Shown here in pieces: positions 19,494 through 29,397 of a stretch of DNA of 32,000 nucleotides. This DNA is from Rhodobacter capsulatus SB 1003. Its GTDB lineage: Bacteria; Pseudomonadota; Alphaproteobacteria; Rhodobacterales; Rhodobacteraceae. The notes under the pieces are model-generated. The model saw nothing but the letters and a program-made list of their open reading frames with translations. It made no database searches and was not told where the DNA came from. Numbering within the stretch: the stretch's first letter is position 1; each line of letters opens with the position of its first letter. The position numbers were made by a program, and so were the translations under genes. Location of the stretch: the NCBI RefSeq assembly GCF_000021865.1, contig NC_014034.1:570001-602000 (forward strand), in the 5' to 3' direction.

Positions 19494-20411
19494 TCAGTCG
19501 ACGGCGGCGTCGCCGGTCTGGGCGCGGCGATAGGCAAGGATCTCTTCCTGCACGAAATCGCGGAAGGCATTGACCCGGCGCGAGGAGCGCAACTCCTCGG
19601 GATAGGCAAGGAAAACGGGCACTTCGACCGACTCGACCGCGGGCAGGACACGTTCCAGATAGGGGAAATCGGCGGTCAGGTAATCGGGCAGCACGCCGAC
19701 GCCGATATGGTTCAAGACGCCCTGCAGCACGCCGAAATAATTGTTCACCATCAAGGTGGACGGCACGCCATGCGCCATCACGCTTTGGGTCAGCTGGGCG
19801 CCCGCCTGCACCTGCGGCGTGGCGGGGTTCTGGCAGATCAGCCGGTGTTTCGCCATGTCCTCGATCCGCTCGGGCCGTCCGGCGCGGGCGATGTATTCGG
19901 GCGTCGCGTAAAGCCGCATGCGGATGTTGATCAGCCGCTTGCGGATCAGGTCGGCCTGGGCCGGTTCCTTCATCCGGATCGCCACATCGGCCTCGCGCAT
20001 CGGCAGGTCCAGCACCCGTTCTTCCAGCAAAAGGTCGATCTTCAGATCGGGATAGCGGTCGTAAAGTTTCACCAGCCGCGGCGCCAGCCACATCGTGCCG
20101 AAACCGACCGTGGTCGTCACCTTCAGCTCGCCGAAGACCTCTTCCTCGCTGTCGCGGATGCGCGCGGCGGCGGCATCGAGCTTTTTCGCCATCGTCGAGG
20201 TGGCGTCGAACAGCAGTTCGCCCTGTTCGGTCAGGATCAGGCCGCGGGCGTGACGGTGAAAGAGGGTGGTGCCCAGCGATTCTTCCAGCGCCCGGATCTG
20301 CCGGCTGACGGCCGATTGCGACAGGTGCAGCGCATCGCCCGCATGGGTCAACGACCCGGCATCCGCCACCGCGTGGAAGATGCGCAACTTGTCCCAGTCC
20401 ATGCCGTTCAC
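19494..20411 (-). CDS. LysR family transcriptional regulator
   Basis: ORF 19494..20411 starts at GTG with SD AGGTGA 4 nt upstream; ATG 20402 (MDWDKL) is an alternative. The N-terminal HTH is LRIFHAVADAGSLTHAGDALHLSQSAVSRQIRALEESLG, followed by a substrate-binding domain. It is divergent from murI. Confidence 0.9.
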   Translation of the reverse strand: MNGMDWDKLRIFHAVADAGSLTHAGDALHLSQSAVSRQIRALEESLGTTLFHRHARGLILTEQGELLFDATSTMAKKLDAAAARIRDSEEEVFGELKVTTTVGFGTMWLAPRLVKLYDRYPDLKIDLLLEERVLDLPMREADVAIRMKEPAQADLIRKRLINIRMRLYATPEYIARAGRPERIEDMAKHRLICQNPATPQVQAGAQLTQSVMAHGVPSTLMVNNYFGVLQGVLNHIGVGVLPDYLTADFPYLERVLPAVESVEVPVFLAYPEELRSSRRVNAFRDFVQEEILAYRRAQTGDAAVD

Positions 20412-20648
20412 GACGTCACCTGTTCATACCTGTTCTGCATCGGCTGCATACCTAAAACGCGGTCTCTTCACAAATGGCTTTCGGTCAAATTCGCTGTTAG
20501 CGCGTAAACTTTGTTGTCGCAGCGACTTTTGTGCATCCACGCAGAGGCGGCGGCCCGGCCCACTCGCGCAATAGGCGTTTATTTCCGCGCCCGAGAGGCT
20601 TAGAACCATGGAAAGCGCGGTTCAGGCGCAAAGGGTGGAGAGGCAGGC

Positions 20649-21461
20649 ATGGCAGTTGGTGTTTTCGACAGTGGTCTGGGCGGTCTGACGGTCTATGAGG
20701 CGGTCTCGAAGCGGCTGCCCGAGGTGGCCTTTGTCTATTATGGCGACAATGCCCATGCGCCCTACGGCGTGCGCACCCCCGACGACATCTACAACCTGAC
20801 CTGCCGCGGCGTCCAACGGCTGTGGGACGAGGGCTGCGATCTGGTGATTCTGGCCTGCAACACGGCCTCCGCCGCGGCGCTGAAAAGGATGCAGGAACAT
20901 TGGATCCCGAAGGACAAGCGGGTTCTGGGCGTCTTCGTGCCGCTGATCGAGGCGCTGACGGAACGGCAATGGGGCGACAACAGCCCGCCGCGTGAAGTGG
21001 CGGTGAAACATGTGGCGCTGTTCGCGACGCCCGCGACGGTTGCCAGCCGGGCGTTCCAGCGCGAACTCGCCTATCGCGCCATCGGGGTCGATGTCGAGGC
21101 GCAGCCCTGCGGCGGCGTCGTCGATGCGATCGAGGCGGGGGACGAGATTCTGGCCGAGGCGCTGGTGCGCTCGCATGTCGAGGCGCTCAAGCGCCGGATG
21201 CCGCACCCCGAGGCGGCGATCCTGGGCTGTACCCATTACCCCTTGATGCAAAAGACCTTTCAGGAGGCCCTGGGGCCGCAGGTCAAGGTTTACAGCCAGG
21301 CCAATCTGGTGGCCGAAAGCCTGGCCGACTATCTGACCCGCAAGCCCGAATTCCTGGGCCCGGGCACGGTGTCGAAATTCATCACCACCGGCGATGCGGC
21401 CTCGGTTTCGATGCATGCGACGCAGTTCCTGCGCCACCGCATCAGCTTCGAGGCCGCCTGA
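20649..21461 (+). CDS. murI: glutamate racemase
   Basis: ORF 20649..21461 contains [33 protein letters not shown] and LGCTHYPL (the two catalytic Cys contexts). Confidence 0.95.
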   Translation: MAVGVFDSGLGGLTVYEAVSKRLPEVAFVYYGDNAHAPYGVRTPDDIYNLTCRGVQRLWDEGCDLVILACNTASAAALKRMQEHWIPKDKRVLGVFVPLIEALTERQWGDNSPPREVAVKHVALFATPATVASRAFQRELAYRAIGVDVEAQPCGGVVDAIEAGDEILAEALVRSHVEALKRRMPHPEAAILGCTHYPLMQKTFQEALGPQVKVYSQANLVAESLADYLTRKPEFLGPGTVSKFITTGDAASVSMHATQFLRHRISFEAA

Positions 21462-21464
21462 GGC

Positions 21465-22229
21465 TCAGCCGAAGCGGTTCGGCCCCGGCGTGCCGCGCGA
21501 ACACATGAACACCAGCATCGTGATGCTGTAGCCCATCATCAGCAGGAACAGGATCCCGAAAAGGCCAAGCGCCGTCGCATCCGGCGGGCTTCCGTTCGCC
21601 TGAGCTGCGGCGGCAAGAAGGCCGATGAGAAGGCCGACCGGGATGAACGCCAGATAGAATCCGCCGACCCACCAGCCCGAGCGGTCGGTGTCATGCAGTC
21701 GCCGCACCGTCACCGAGAGCGAGGGCAGAAAGGTCGCCAGCGAGACCAGGCCGCTCAGCGCCGCGCCGTCGCGGCCCATCACCGCTTCCAGAAAACCGCC
21801 GACAAAGCCCAAAAGCAGGCAGAACAGGAAAAACCACCAATATTCCGAGCGGCTTGCCCGGCCCCGGAAGGTGACATAATTCTGGAAGCAGACCTTGATC
21901 GCCTCGGGGAAGCTGCGCGCGGGGGCGGCACCCGAAGCGGCTGCGCCATAGGATCCGGCCCCCGGATAGGCTGCGCCCGGATAGCCCGTCCCGCCAAAGG
22001 CGGCGGCGCCCGGCATCGCGGGCGGTCCGGCCGGCGGCGGCGCTGCCGGGGCAAAGGGCTGGGGTGCAAAGGCGAAATGCCGGTCTGCCCGTTCCCAATT
22101 CGCCATCCCGCCGGACCAGACCAGCGTGTCGGCCTTGACCCGTCCGGCCCGGATCAGATCGCGGATCACCAATTCGTCCACCGGGCCTTCGCTCTTGCCC
22201 GCCCATGCGTAATGCCACGCCTTCGCCAT
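21465..22229 (-). CDS. GYF_2 (DUF4339)-like N-terminal domain + Pro/Ala/Gly-rich linker + DUF805 membrane domain
   Basis: Only the last 254 codons of ORF 21465..23855 are used, starting at ATG 22229. The N-terminus is [48 protein letters not shown]. The DUF805 signature is [16 protein letters not shown]...[13 protein letters not shown]. The rest of the long ORF is antisense to argC and ccmE. Confidence 0.85.
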   Translation of the reverse strand: MAKAWHYAWAGKSEGPVDELVIRDLIRAGRVKADTLVWSGGMANWERADRHFAFAPQPFAPAAPPPAGPPAMPGAAAFGGTGYPGAAYPGAGSYGAAASGAAPARSFPEAIKVCFQNYVTFRGRASRSEYWWFFLFCLLLGFVGGFLEAVMGRDGAALSGLVSLATFLPSLSVTVRRLHDTDRSGWWVGGFYLAFIPVGLLIGLLAAAAQANGSPPDATALGLFGILFLLMMGYSITMLVFMCSRGTPGPNRFG

Positions 22230-22304
22230 GAAACCCTCGCGCAAACTTTGCTTGCGTGGCACCTTAGCCTGAGGCAGGACGGGGCGACAATTGCGGAGAC
22301 GAAA

Positions 22305-23333
22305 ATGACCCAGAAAATCGCCATCCTCGGGGCTTCGGGCTATACCGGCGCCGAGCTTGCCCGCATCATTGCGACCCATCCCGAGATGGAGATCACGGCG
22401 CTCTCGGGCGACCGAAAGGCCGGGATGCGCATGGGCGAGGTCTTTCCGCATCTGCGTCACATCGGGCTGCCCGATCTGGTGAAGATCGAGGAGATCGACT
22501 TTTCCGGCATCGATCTGGCCTTTTGCGCGCTGCCGCATGCGACCAGCCAGGCGGTCATCGCCGAATTGCCGCGGGATCTGAAGGTGGTGGATCTCTCTGC
22601 CGATTTCCGGCTGCGCGACGCGGCCGAATATGAAAAATGGTATGGCAAGCCGCATGCGGCGATGGATCTGCAGGCCGAGGCGGTCTATGGCCTGACCGAA
22701 TTCTACCGCGAAGAGCTGAAAACGGCGCGGCTTTGCGCGGGCACCGGCTGCAATGCCGCGGCGGGGCAATATGCGATCCGCCCGCTGATCGAGGCGGGTG
22801 TGATCGATCTGGATGAAATCGTCATCGACCTGAAGGCAGGGGTGTCGGGGGCCGGACGCTCGCTGAAGGAAAACCTTTTGCATGCGGAACTTGCGGGCGG
22901 CACCATGCCCTATTCGGCGGGCGGCAAGCATCGGCATCTGGGCGAATTCGATCAGGAATTCTCCAAGGTGGCGGGGCGGCCGGTGCGGGTGCAGTTCACG
23001 CCGCATCTGATGCCCTTCAACCGCGGGATTCTGGCGACCGTCTATGTCCGCGGCACCCCCGAAGACATCCATGCCGCGCTGGCCAGCCGCTATGAAAACG
23101 AGGTTTTCCTGGAGGTGCTGCCCTTTGGTCAGCTGGCCTCGACGCGTTCGGTCGCCGGGTCGAACTTCGTGCATCTGGGCGTGATCGGCGACCGGCTGCC
23201 GGGCCGCGCGGTGGTGACCGTGGCGCTCGACAACCTCACCAAGGGCTCTTCGGGGCAGGCGATCCAGAACGCCAACCTGATGCTGGGCCTGCCCGAAACC
23301 CTGGGGCTGATGCTGGCCCCGGTCTTCCCGTAA
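22305..23333 (+). CDS. argC: N-acetyl-gamma-glutamyl-phosphate reductase
   Basis: Internal ATG 22305 of ORF 21693..23333, giving 342 aa. Signatures are [14 protein letters not shown], the catalytic Cys context [18 protein letters not shown] and [20 protein letters not shown]. Confidence 0.96.
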   Translation: MTQKIAILGASGYTGAELARIIATHPEMEITALSGDRKAGMRMGEVFPHLRHIGLPDLVKIEEIDFSGIDLAFCALPHATSQAVIAELPRDLKVVDLSADFRLRDAAEYEKWYGKPHAAMDLQAEAVYGLTEFYREELKTARLCAGTGCNAAAGQYAIRPLIEAGVIDLDEIVIDLKAGVSGAGRSLKENLLHAELAGGTMPYSAGGKHRHLGEFDQEFSKVAGRPVRVQFTPHLMPFNRGILATVYVRGTPEDIHAALASRYENEVFLEVLPFGQLASTRSVAGSNFVHLGVIGDRLPGRAVVTVALDNLTKGSSGQAIQNANLMLGLPETLGLMLAPVFP

Positions 23334-23348
23334 CGCAGGGGCAGGACG

Positions 23349-23801
23349 ATGAGAAACCTGAAGAAAACGCGGCGCATCCAGATTCTGCTGGTGGCGGGCG
23401 GGGCGCTTGTGCTCTCGACCGCGCTGATCGGCTACGGCATGCGCGACGGCATCAACTTCTTCCGCGCCCCCTCGCAGATCGTCGCCGAACCGCCCGCCGC
23501 GGGCGAGGTGTTCCGGCTGGGCGGTCTGGTCGAAGCGGGCACGCTGGTGCGCGGGCAGGGCGAGGAGATCACCTTCAAGGTCACTGATGGCGGCGCCTCG
23601 GTCCCGGTCACCTTCACCGGCGTGCTGCCCGACCTCTTTGGCGAGGGCAAGGGGATGGTCGGCACCGGCGAGATGGTCGAGGGCACCTTTGTCGCCCGCG
23701 AAATCCTGGCCAAGCATGACGAAAACTACATGCCCAAGGAAGTCACCGAGGCGCTGAAGGAACAGGGCGTCTACCGCGATCCGGCCCAGCCCGAGGGCTG
23801 A
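23349..23801 (+). CDS. ccmE: cytochrome c maturation haem chaperone CcmE
   Basis: ORF 23349..23801 has an N-terminal membrane anchor, an OB-fold (FRLGGLV...GKGMVGTGEM) and the haem-binding His motif LAKHDENYMPKEV. Confidence 0.94.
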   Translation: MRNLKKTRRIQILLVAGGALVLSTALIGYGMRDGINFFRAPSQIVAEPPAAGEVFRLGGLVEAGTLVRGQGEEITFKVTDGGASVPVTFTGVLPDLFGEGKGMVGTGEMVEGTFVAREILAKHDENYMPKEVTEALKEQGVYRDPAQPEG

Positions 23802-23865
23802 GCGCTCCGGTTTCGGATCGTTAACCTGATTTCGCCACCCTTTGCACTCAGCCAAGGGGGATCGG

Positions 23866-24477
23866 ATGAGATCTGTCTACGAGATTGCCAAGGAAATCGT
23901 CGCCCGCGAGGGGGGCTATGTGAACGACCCCTCCGACCCCGGGGGGGCGACGAATTACGGGGTGACGCTGGGCACCTTGCGGCGGCTGGGCCTTGATCTG
24001 AACCGCGACGGGGTGGTGAGCGCGCGCGACCTGCGGCTTGTTTCCCCCGATCAGGCGGCCGAGATCTATGTCAGCCAGTATTTCAAGGCGCCGAAACTGG
24101 ATCAGCTGCCCGCGGTGGTGCAGGCCCCGGTTTTCGACATGCAGGTGAATGCCGGGGCGCATGCGATCCGCATTCTGCAGGAGCTGTTGGGCCGGATGGG
24201 CCATCCGGTCGCCGTCGATGGCGTGCTGGGGCCGCAGACGATCGCGGCGGCGCAGGCGGCGGCGGCGCGGGATCCGCAGCTTTTCGTCGATGCCTACGGG
24301 ATCGCGCGGCGGAATTACTACTACGATCTGGCGGATCGCCGCCCGGCGAGCCGGAAATATGCGACGACGCGGGCGGGCGGCAAGGGCGGCTGGATCCTGC
24401 GTGCCGAGGCCTTCATCTCGCCCCGCTTCCATCTGAGCGCGGCGCAGCATCGGGCACGGGTGGCGGCATGGGGCTGA
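23866..24477 (+). CDS. GH108-family lysozyme with C-terminal peptidoglycan-binding (PG_binding_3) domain; endolysin
   Basis: Internal ATG 23866 of ORF 23842..24477 with SD AAGGGGGA upstream. The GH108 motif is AREGGYVNDPSDPGGATNYGVT. The PG-binding motif is VAVDGVLGPQTIAAAQ. Its 3' end overlaps the next gene by 10 nt. Confidence 0.88.
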   Translation: MRSVYEIAKEIVAREGGYVNDPSDPGGATNYGVTLGTLRRLGLDLNRDGVVSARDLRLVSPDQAAEIYVSQYFKAPKLDQLPAVVQAPVFDMQVNAGAHAIRILQELLGRMGHPVAVDGVLGPQTIAAAQAAAARDPQLFVDAYGIARRNYYYDLADRRPASRKYATTRAGGKGGWILRAEAFISPRFHLSAAQHRARVAAWG

Positions 24478-24962
24478 TCGGGACGATCCTGGGCTCGCCC
24501 GCGGCGACGGGGGCGATCGGCACGGCGGTCACTTCGGTGGCCGAGGTCTTCACGCCGAATGCGACAAAGAAGATGGAGGCCGCCGCCGCGGCCTGGCAGG
24601 CGGCGCTTGCGGAACACGGGGCCGAGTTCCAACATGCAAGGCCGGGGCTGTTCGACCGGTTCGTCAACGGGTTGAACCGGCTGCCGCGGCCGATGCTGGC
24701 GCTCGGCACGCTCGGTCTTTTCGTCTATGCGATGATCGACCCGACGGGGTTCGAGACGCGGATGGTCGGGCTGAATGCGGTGCCAGAGCCGCTCTGGTGG
24801 CTTCTGGGCGCCATCGTCGGCTTTTACTTCGGCGCGCGGGAGTTTCATTACAACCGCATCCGCAGCACCCCCGCCCCGGTGCCGGTCGGCCCCGCCGAGG
24901 ACAATCCGGCGCTGAGCGAATTCCTGTCGAAAGGGGATGCCGGGGCCGCGCCTGCAGCGTGA
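24468..24962 (+). CDS. 3-TM holin (gene-transfer-release holin family)
   Basis: ORF 24468..24962. Hydrophobic segments are LIGTILGSPAATGAIGTAVTSVA, MLALGTLGLFVYAMI and LWWLLGAIVGFYFGA, with a hydrophilic C-tail. It is translationally overlapped with the endolysin gene. Confidence 0.82.
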   Translation: MGLIGTILGSPAATGAIGTAVTSVAEVFTPNATKKMEAAAAAWQAALAEHGAEFQHARPGLFDRFVNGLNRLPRPMLALGTLGLFVYAMIDPTGFETRMVGLNAVPEPLWWLLGAIVGFYFGAREFHYNRIRSTPAPVPVGPAEDNPALSEFLSKGDAGAAPAA

Positions 24963-25026
24963 TCAAAAGATCCGGGTGGGCCGGTCAAAGACCTTCCGGC
25001 CCCTCGGCGCGGCGACCGGCTTCGCC

Positions 25027-26736
25027 TTACTCCCGCCGGCCGGCGAAGCGTTTCGCCCAGTCTTCGCGCTCTTCGTCGGTGATCTTGCGGAACAGGTTTT
25101 CGGGCACCGCAAAGGCATGACCTTCGGGCAGGCTGCGGATGGCCGCATCCAGATCTTCGGGCCAAGTCCAGTCGTCGCAGTTCAGCGCCGTCATGATCGC
25201 CTGCGCCGCATCCGGAATGAAGGGACGCGAGAGCACGGCATAAAGCCGGATCAGGTTGAGCGCGAAGGCGATGATGCCCCGCGCGGCGGCCTCGTCAGTC
25301 TTCACCACGCTCCAGGGCGCGGCGGCCTGCAGATATTCGTTGCCCAGCACCCAAAGCGCGCGCAGCTCCTCGGCGGCGCGGCGGACGTGGATCTCGTCCA
25401 TCGCCTTTTCATAAGCCGCCAGCCCGTCGCGGAATTGCGCCATCAGCGCGGTTTCCCGTTCGGTCAGCACCACCGTCGCGGGCATTTCCGTGCCGAATTT
25501 CGAATTGCAGAACTTCGTCACCCGGCTGACAAGGTTGCCCAGAACATCGGCCAGATCCTTGTTCACCGAGGCCTGGAAATTCTCCCAGGTGAATTCGGCA
25601 TCCGCACTTTCGGGCGCGTGGCTGAGCAGCCACCAGCGCCAGTAATCGGACGGCAGGATGCCAAGCGCCTGATCCATGAAGACGCCGCGCCCGCGCGAGG
25701 TGGAGAACTGGCCGCCGTCATAGTTCAGATAGTTGAAGGACTTGATGTAATCGACCAGCTTCCACGGCTCGGCCGAGCCAAGGATGGTCGAGGGGAAGGA
25801 CAGCGTGTGGAAGGGCACGTTGTCCTTGCCCATGAACTGGGTATAGGTCACGTCTTCCGCGCCCTGATCAAGCCGCCACCAGCGCGCCCAGTCGCCGCCG
25901 GTCTTCTCGGCCCATTCCTGCGTGCCCGCGATATATTCGATCGGCGCATCGAACCAGACATAGAAGACCTTGCCCTCCATCCCCGCCCAGGGGGCGCCGT
26001 CGAATTGCGCGGGAACGCCCCAGCTCAGATCGCGGGTGATGCCGCGGTCCTGCAGCCCCTCGCCATCGAACAGCCATTTCTTCGCGATCGAGGTCGAGAG
26101 CACCGGCCAGTCGGTCTTGCTGTCGATCCAGGCGGCCAGCTTGTCCTTCATCGCCGATTGGCGCAGGAACAGATGCTTCGTCTCGCGCATTTCCAGATCG
26201 GTCGAGCCCGAGATCACCGAGCGCGGATTGATCAGATCGACCGGGTCAAGCTGCTTGGTGCAATTGTCGCATTGATCGCCGCGGGCGCTTTCGAAACCGC
26301 AATTCGGGCAGGTGCCCTCGATGTAGCGGTCGGGCAGGAAGCGGCCGTCGGTCACCGAATACATCTGTTTTTCGGTGACTTCGCGGATCAGCCCCTGATC
26401 GGCCAGCGCCTTGGCGAAATGCTGGGTCAGGGCGCGGTTCTGCGGGCTCGAAGACCGGCCGAAGTGATCGAAGCTCAGCCGGAAGCCGCCCGCGATCGCC
26501 GCCTGCACGTCATGCATTTCCGCGCAATAGTCGGCGACGGGCTTGCCCGCCTTGGCCGCGGCCAGTTCCGCGGGGGTGCCGTGTTCGTCCGTGGCGCAGA
26601 TGAACATCACCTCATGGCCGCGTCCGCGCAGATAGCGCGCGTAAAGATCGGCCGGCAGCTGGCTGCCCACAAGGTTGCCCAGATGCTTGATGCCGTTGAT
26701 ATAGGGAATCGCCGAGGTGATGAGATGACGCGCCAT
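25027..26736 (-). CDS. metG: methionine--tRNA ligase (short form, 569 aa)
   Basis: Internal ATG 26736 of ORF 25027..27720. Signatures are [24 protein letters not shown] (HIGH-region equivalent), the zinc knuckle [17 protein letters not shown], and FSTSRGRGV (KMSKS-region equivalent). The upstream 328 codons of the ORF are non-genic. Confidence 0.96.
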   Translation of the reverse strand: MARHLITSAIPYINGIKHLGNLVGSQLPADLYARYLRGRGHEVMFICATDEHGTPAELAAAKAGKPVADYCAEMHDVQAAIAGGFRLSFDHFGRSSSPQNRALTQHFAKALADQGLIREVTEKQMYSVTDGRFLPDRYIEGTCPNCGFESARGDQCDNCTKQLDPVDLINPRSVISGSTDLEMRETKHLFLRQSAMKDKLAAWIDSKTDWPVLSTSIAKKWLFDGEGLQDRGITRDLSWGVPAQFDGAPWAGMEGKVFYVWFDAPIEYIAGTQEWAEKTGGDWARWWRLDQGAEDVTYTQFMGKDNVPFHTLSFPSTILGSAEPWKLVDYIKSFNYLNYDGGQFSTSRGRGVFMDQALGILPSDYWRWWLLSHAPESADAEFTWENFQASVNKDLADVLGNLVSRVTKFCNSKFGTEMPATVVLTERETALMAQFRDGLAAYEKAMDEIHVRRAAEELRALWVLGNEYLQAAAPWSVVKTDEAAARGIIAFALNLIRLYAVLSRPFIPDAAQAIMTALNCDDWTWPEDLDAAIRSLPEGHAFAVPENLFRKITDEEREDWAKRFAGRRE

Positions 26737-26937
26737 GACCCTTGCCCGCTTGCCGCAACTGCAGCCCTTTAGCGTGGCGGGCCGTCGCTGGCCAGAGGCT
26801 TTCGCCCTTTTGACCGCGTGACCTGCGACAGTCCGTCTTATGGACCGACACAATCTCGTGCTTGCGGAACTGAACGAAGCAGTGCACAGCTTAGACGTGT
26901 GGCGGCCCCTCCCCGTCACCATGCAGCGGACTCCAGA

Positions 26938-28614
26938 ATGGACTATTCCTGGCCCACCCGCGGGGCGCCGGAAGATGGCGTCGTCGCAATCGATGCGCAG
27001 GGTCGCATCGATTATCTGAACGCTGCGGCCGCGGCGCTCTTCGGCTATGTCCCGGAGGCGCTGCTGGGCCAGCTTCTGGAAGTTCTGATCCCTGAACCGC
27101 AGGCCGCTGTCCATGCGCGATTGCGTCGCGCCTTCGCCGCGGGCAAGGCGCCGCTGGCGATCGGGCGGATGCGCGCGGTGCGGGGGCGGCGCCGCGACGG
27201 CAGCGAGATCGCCCTGCATGTCATGCTGAAACGCGACGCCGATACCGGACGGGTCTTCGCCTTCGTGCATCCGCTTGAACGGCCAAGCCGCGGCGGGGGC
27301 GGGGGCCGCGAGACGGGCGAGGATCCGCTGACCGGGCTGCCGGACCGCCGCGCGCTGCGCCGCGATCTGGATGCGATGCTGACCGGTGCCGATCCGACGC
27401 AGCCGCAGGTCTGCCTGCTGTTTGCCGAGATCGACCCTTTCGCGGGCAACCGCGCCGCCGTCGATCCCGCCCATCACGACGCGCTGATGCGGGCCTGCGC
27501 CGACCGGCTTGAACGGCTCGAAACCGAGGCGATGCAGCTTTATCGCTCGGGCGAGGATGGGTTCGTGTTCCTGATGGTGCAGGAGACGGGGGCGGCGATG
27601 CCCGGGCCGCAGCTGGCGCGGGTGATGGCGGCGCTGCGGGCCCCGTTCGAGATCGGCGGCCAGCCCCTGCATCTGGAATTCGGCATCGGCCATGCCTGCG
27701 CGCCCGAACATGGCGCCCATGCGGGCGAGCTGATCGCCAATGCGGCGCTGGCGCTGGCGGCGTCAAAGGCGGCGTTCAACCGTCCCACCGGCTATGACGA
27801 AAGCCTGCGCAGCCGGGTCGAGCATCGGCACCGGCTGTTGCGCGATCTGCGCGCCGCGGTCGAACGGCGCGAATTCGAGCTGTTCTACCAGCCGCAGGTC
27901 GATCTGATCAGCGGCGAGATCGTGGCGCTGGAGGCGCTGTTGCGCTGGCATCACCCGGAATGGGGGCTGCTTCTGCCGGGCGCCTTCATGGAGGTGCTCA
28001 GCGCGTCGGAGCTGTCGCTGGCGGTGGGGGACTGGGTCCTGCGCGAGGCCTGCACCCAGGTCGCGATCTGGAACCGGCACCGCAAGACGCCGCTGACGGT
28101 GGCGGTGAACGTCTTCCCGCGCCAGTTCGACCGCGACATCCTGCCCGCGGCGATCACCCGGGCCCTGGCCGAAAGCGGCCTGCCGCCGCGGCTGCTCGAC
28201 ATCGAGATCACCGAGAATATCGTGATCGACCCCGCCACCCACAGCACCGAAGTCTTCGAGGCGCTGACCGCGACCGGGGTGGCGCTGGTGCTGGACGATT
28301 TCGGCACCGGCTATGCCTCGCTCACCTGTCTGGCCCGGCATCCGGTGCACAAACTCAAGATCGACAAAAGCTTCGTCGCCGGGCTCGACACCGGCCCCGG
28401 CTACCGGGCGATCCTGAAATCGCTGCAGGCTCTCGCCGGGACGCTGGGGCTGGGCACCGTGGTCGAGGGGGTGGAGACCGCGGAAACCGCGGCGCTGATG
28501 CGCGATTTCGGCTTCGCGGTCGGGCAGGGCTTTTTCTGGAACCGGCCGATGGCGCGCGAAGACTGCGCCCGCGCGCTGGGAATTGTCGGGCAGGTGGTGG
28601 AGGCCTGGGCGTGA
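26938..28614 (+). CDS. PAS - degenerate GGDEF - EAL signalling protein (probable c-di-GMP phosphodiesterase)
   Basis: Internal ATG 26938 of ORF 26818..28614. The PAS domain contains [23 protein letters not shown]. The GGDEF domain opens with [12 protein letters not shown], but the signature reads RSGEDGF instead of RxGGDEF. EAL motifs are intact: [36 protein letters not shown] and QGFF. Confidence 0.9.
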   Translation: MDYSWPTRGAPEDGVVAIDAQGRIDYLNAAAAALFGYVPEALLGQLLEVLIPEPQAAVHARLRRAFAAGKAPLAIGRMRAVRGRRRDGSEIALHVMLKRDADTGRVFAFVHPLERPSRGGGGGRETGEDPLTGLPDRRALRRDLDAMLTGADPTQPQVCLLFAEIDPFAGNRAAVDPAHHDALMRACADRLERLETEAMQLYRSGEDGFVFLMVQETGAAMPGPQLARVMAALRAPFEIGGQPLHLEFGIGHACAPEHGAHAGELIANAALALAASKAAFNRPTGYDESLRSRVEHRHRLLRDLRAAVERREFELFYQPQVDLISGEIVALEALLRWHHPEWGLLLPGAFMEVLSASELSLAVGDWVLREACTQVAIWNRHRKTPLTVAVNVFPRQFDRDILPAAITRALAESGLPPRLLDIEITENIVIDPATHSTEVFEALTATGVALVLDDFGTGYASLTCLARHPVHKLKIDKSFVAGLDTGPGYRAILKSLQALAGTLGLGTVVEGVETAETAALMRDFGFAVGQGFFWNRPMAREDCARALGIVGQVVEAWA

Positions 28615-28748
28615 TTGTTAATTGAGCGGCCGATCAAAAACGACTTCTTGAACGGCAAAAGCGACAAAATTCTTGATGTTTTCCCGGCGCTGCAACAGGG
28701 TGCAGGCGAAAGTGATTCGATCACAGAGGTTCGGGGGAAGGTCTCGCA

Positions 28749-29369
28749 ATGCATACGGAAGCGATTGCCCGCAGCTACAAGCGCTGGGCGCCGATCTACG
28801 ACAAGACTTTCGGCAAGATCACCCATGCCGGGCGCCATCATGCCGTGCGCGAGGTGAACGCGACCGGCGGCGCGGTGCTGGAGGTGGGGATCGGCACCGG
28901 CCTTGCGCTGGATCTTTATGAACCCTCGAAGGTGGCGGTGACCGGCATCGACCTGTCGCCCGACATGCTGGCCAAGGCGCAGGCCCGGGCCGAGGCGCAG
29001 GGGCTGCGCAATGTCGCCGGGCTGCATATCATGGATGCGCGCGAGCTGGCCTTTGACGACGAAAGCTTCGATCACGTCGTCGCGCTGCACATCATGTCGG
29101 TGGTGCCCGAGCCGCGCCGGGTGATGGCGGAAATGGCGCGGGTCTGCCGCGTCGGCGGCACGGTGCTGATCACCAACCATTTCGCCCGCGAAAAGGGCGG
29201 CTGGGGCGTCGCCGCGAAACTGGCCGCGCCGATGGCCGATGCGCTCGGCTGGCATTCCGATTTCGCCCGCGCCGAGGTGATGTCCGAGCCGCGGCTGAAA
29301 CTGGTCGAGGAAACCCGCCTGCCGCCCTTCGGCCTGATGACCTTCCTGCGCTTCCGCCGCGTCGCGTAA
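28749..29369 (+). CDS. class I SAM-dependent methyltransferase, PmtA-like (possible phosphatidylethanolamine N-methyltransferase)
   Basis: ORF 28749..29369. The SAM motif I is VLEVGIGTGLAL. At 206 aa, the N-terminal YKRWAPIYDKTFG and C-terminal LPPFGLMTFLRF resemble the Rhodobacter-type PmtA as I remember it. The specific substrate is not proven. Confidence 0.8.
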   Translation: MHTEAIARSYKRWAPIYDKTFGKITHAGRHHAVREVNATGGAVLEVGIGTGLALDLYEPSKVAVTGIDLSPDMLAKAQARAEAQGLRNVAGLHIMDARELAFDDESFDHVVALHIMSVVPEPRRVMAEMARVCRVGGTVLITNHFAREKGGWGVAAKLAAPMADALGWHSDFARAEVMSEPRLKLVEETRLPPFGLMTFLRFRRVA

Positions 29370-29374
29370 GCCCC

Positions 29375-29397
29375 GGCCCTGCTCTCAGGGCAGGGCC
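29375..29397. terminator. 8-bp perfect hairpin between convergent genes, overlapping the mopB stop codon
   Basis: GGCCCTGC-TCTCAGG-GCAGGGCC. There is no T-run on either side, so terminator function is uncertain. Confidence 0.35.

Noticed and set aside
19343-19573. 76-aa + strand ORF with a strong SD (GGGAGG) upstream, plus an internal AAGGAG-ATG at 19418
   Set aside because: Third-codon-position G/C is only about half, whereas real genes here are strongly G/C-biased at that position. The ORF runs 80 nt antisense into the LysR gene. The GGGAGG is better explained as the complement of the CCUCCC stretch of the minus-strand sRNA candidate.
22230-23855. Upstream 540 codons of the 796-aa minus ORF 21465..23855
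   Set aside because: It is antisense to argC and ccmE. Only the last 254 codons, from ATG 22229, form a coherent GYF_2-DUF805 protein.
24937-26772. 611-aa + strand ORF, and the 5' extension (26737-27720) of the metG ORF
   Set aside because: The first is antisense to metG. The second overlaps the PAS-GGDEF-EAL gene on the other strand, and MetRS homology begins only at [12 protein letters not shown] (ATG 26736).
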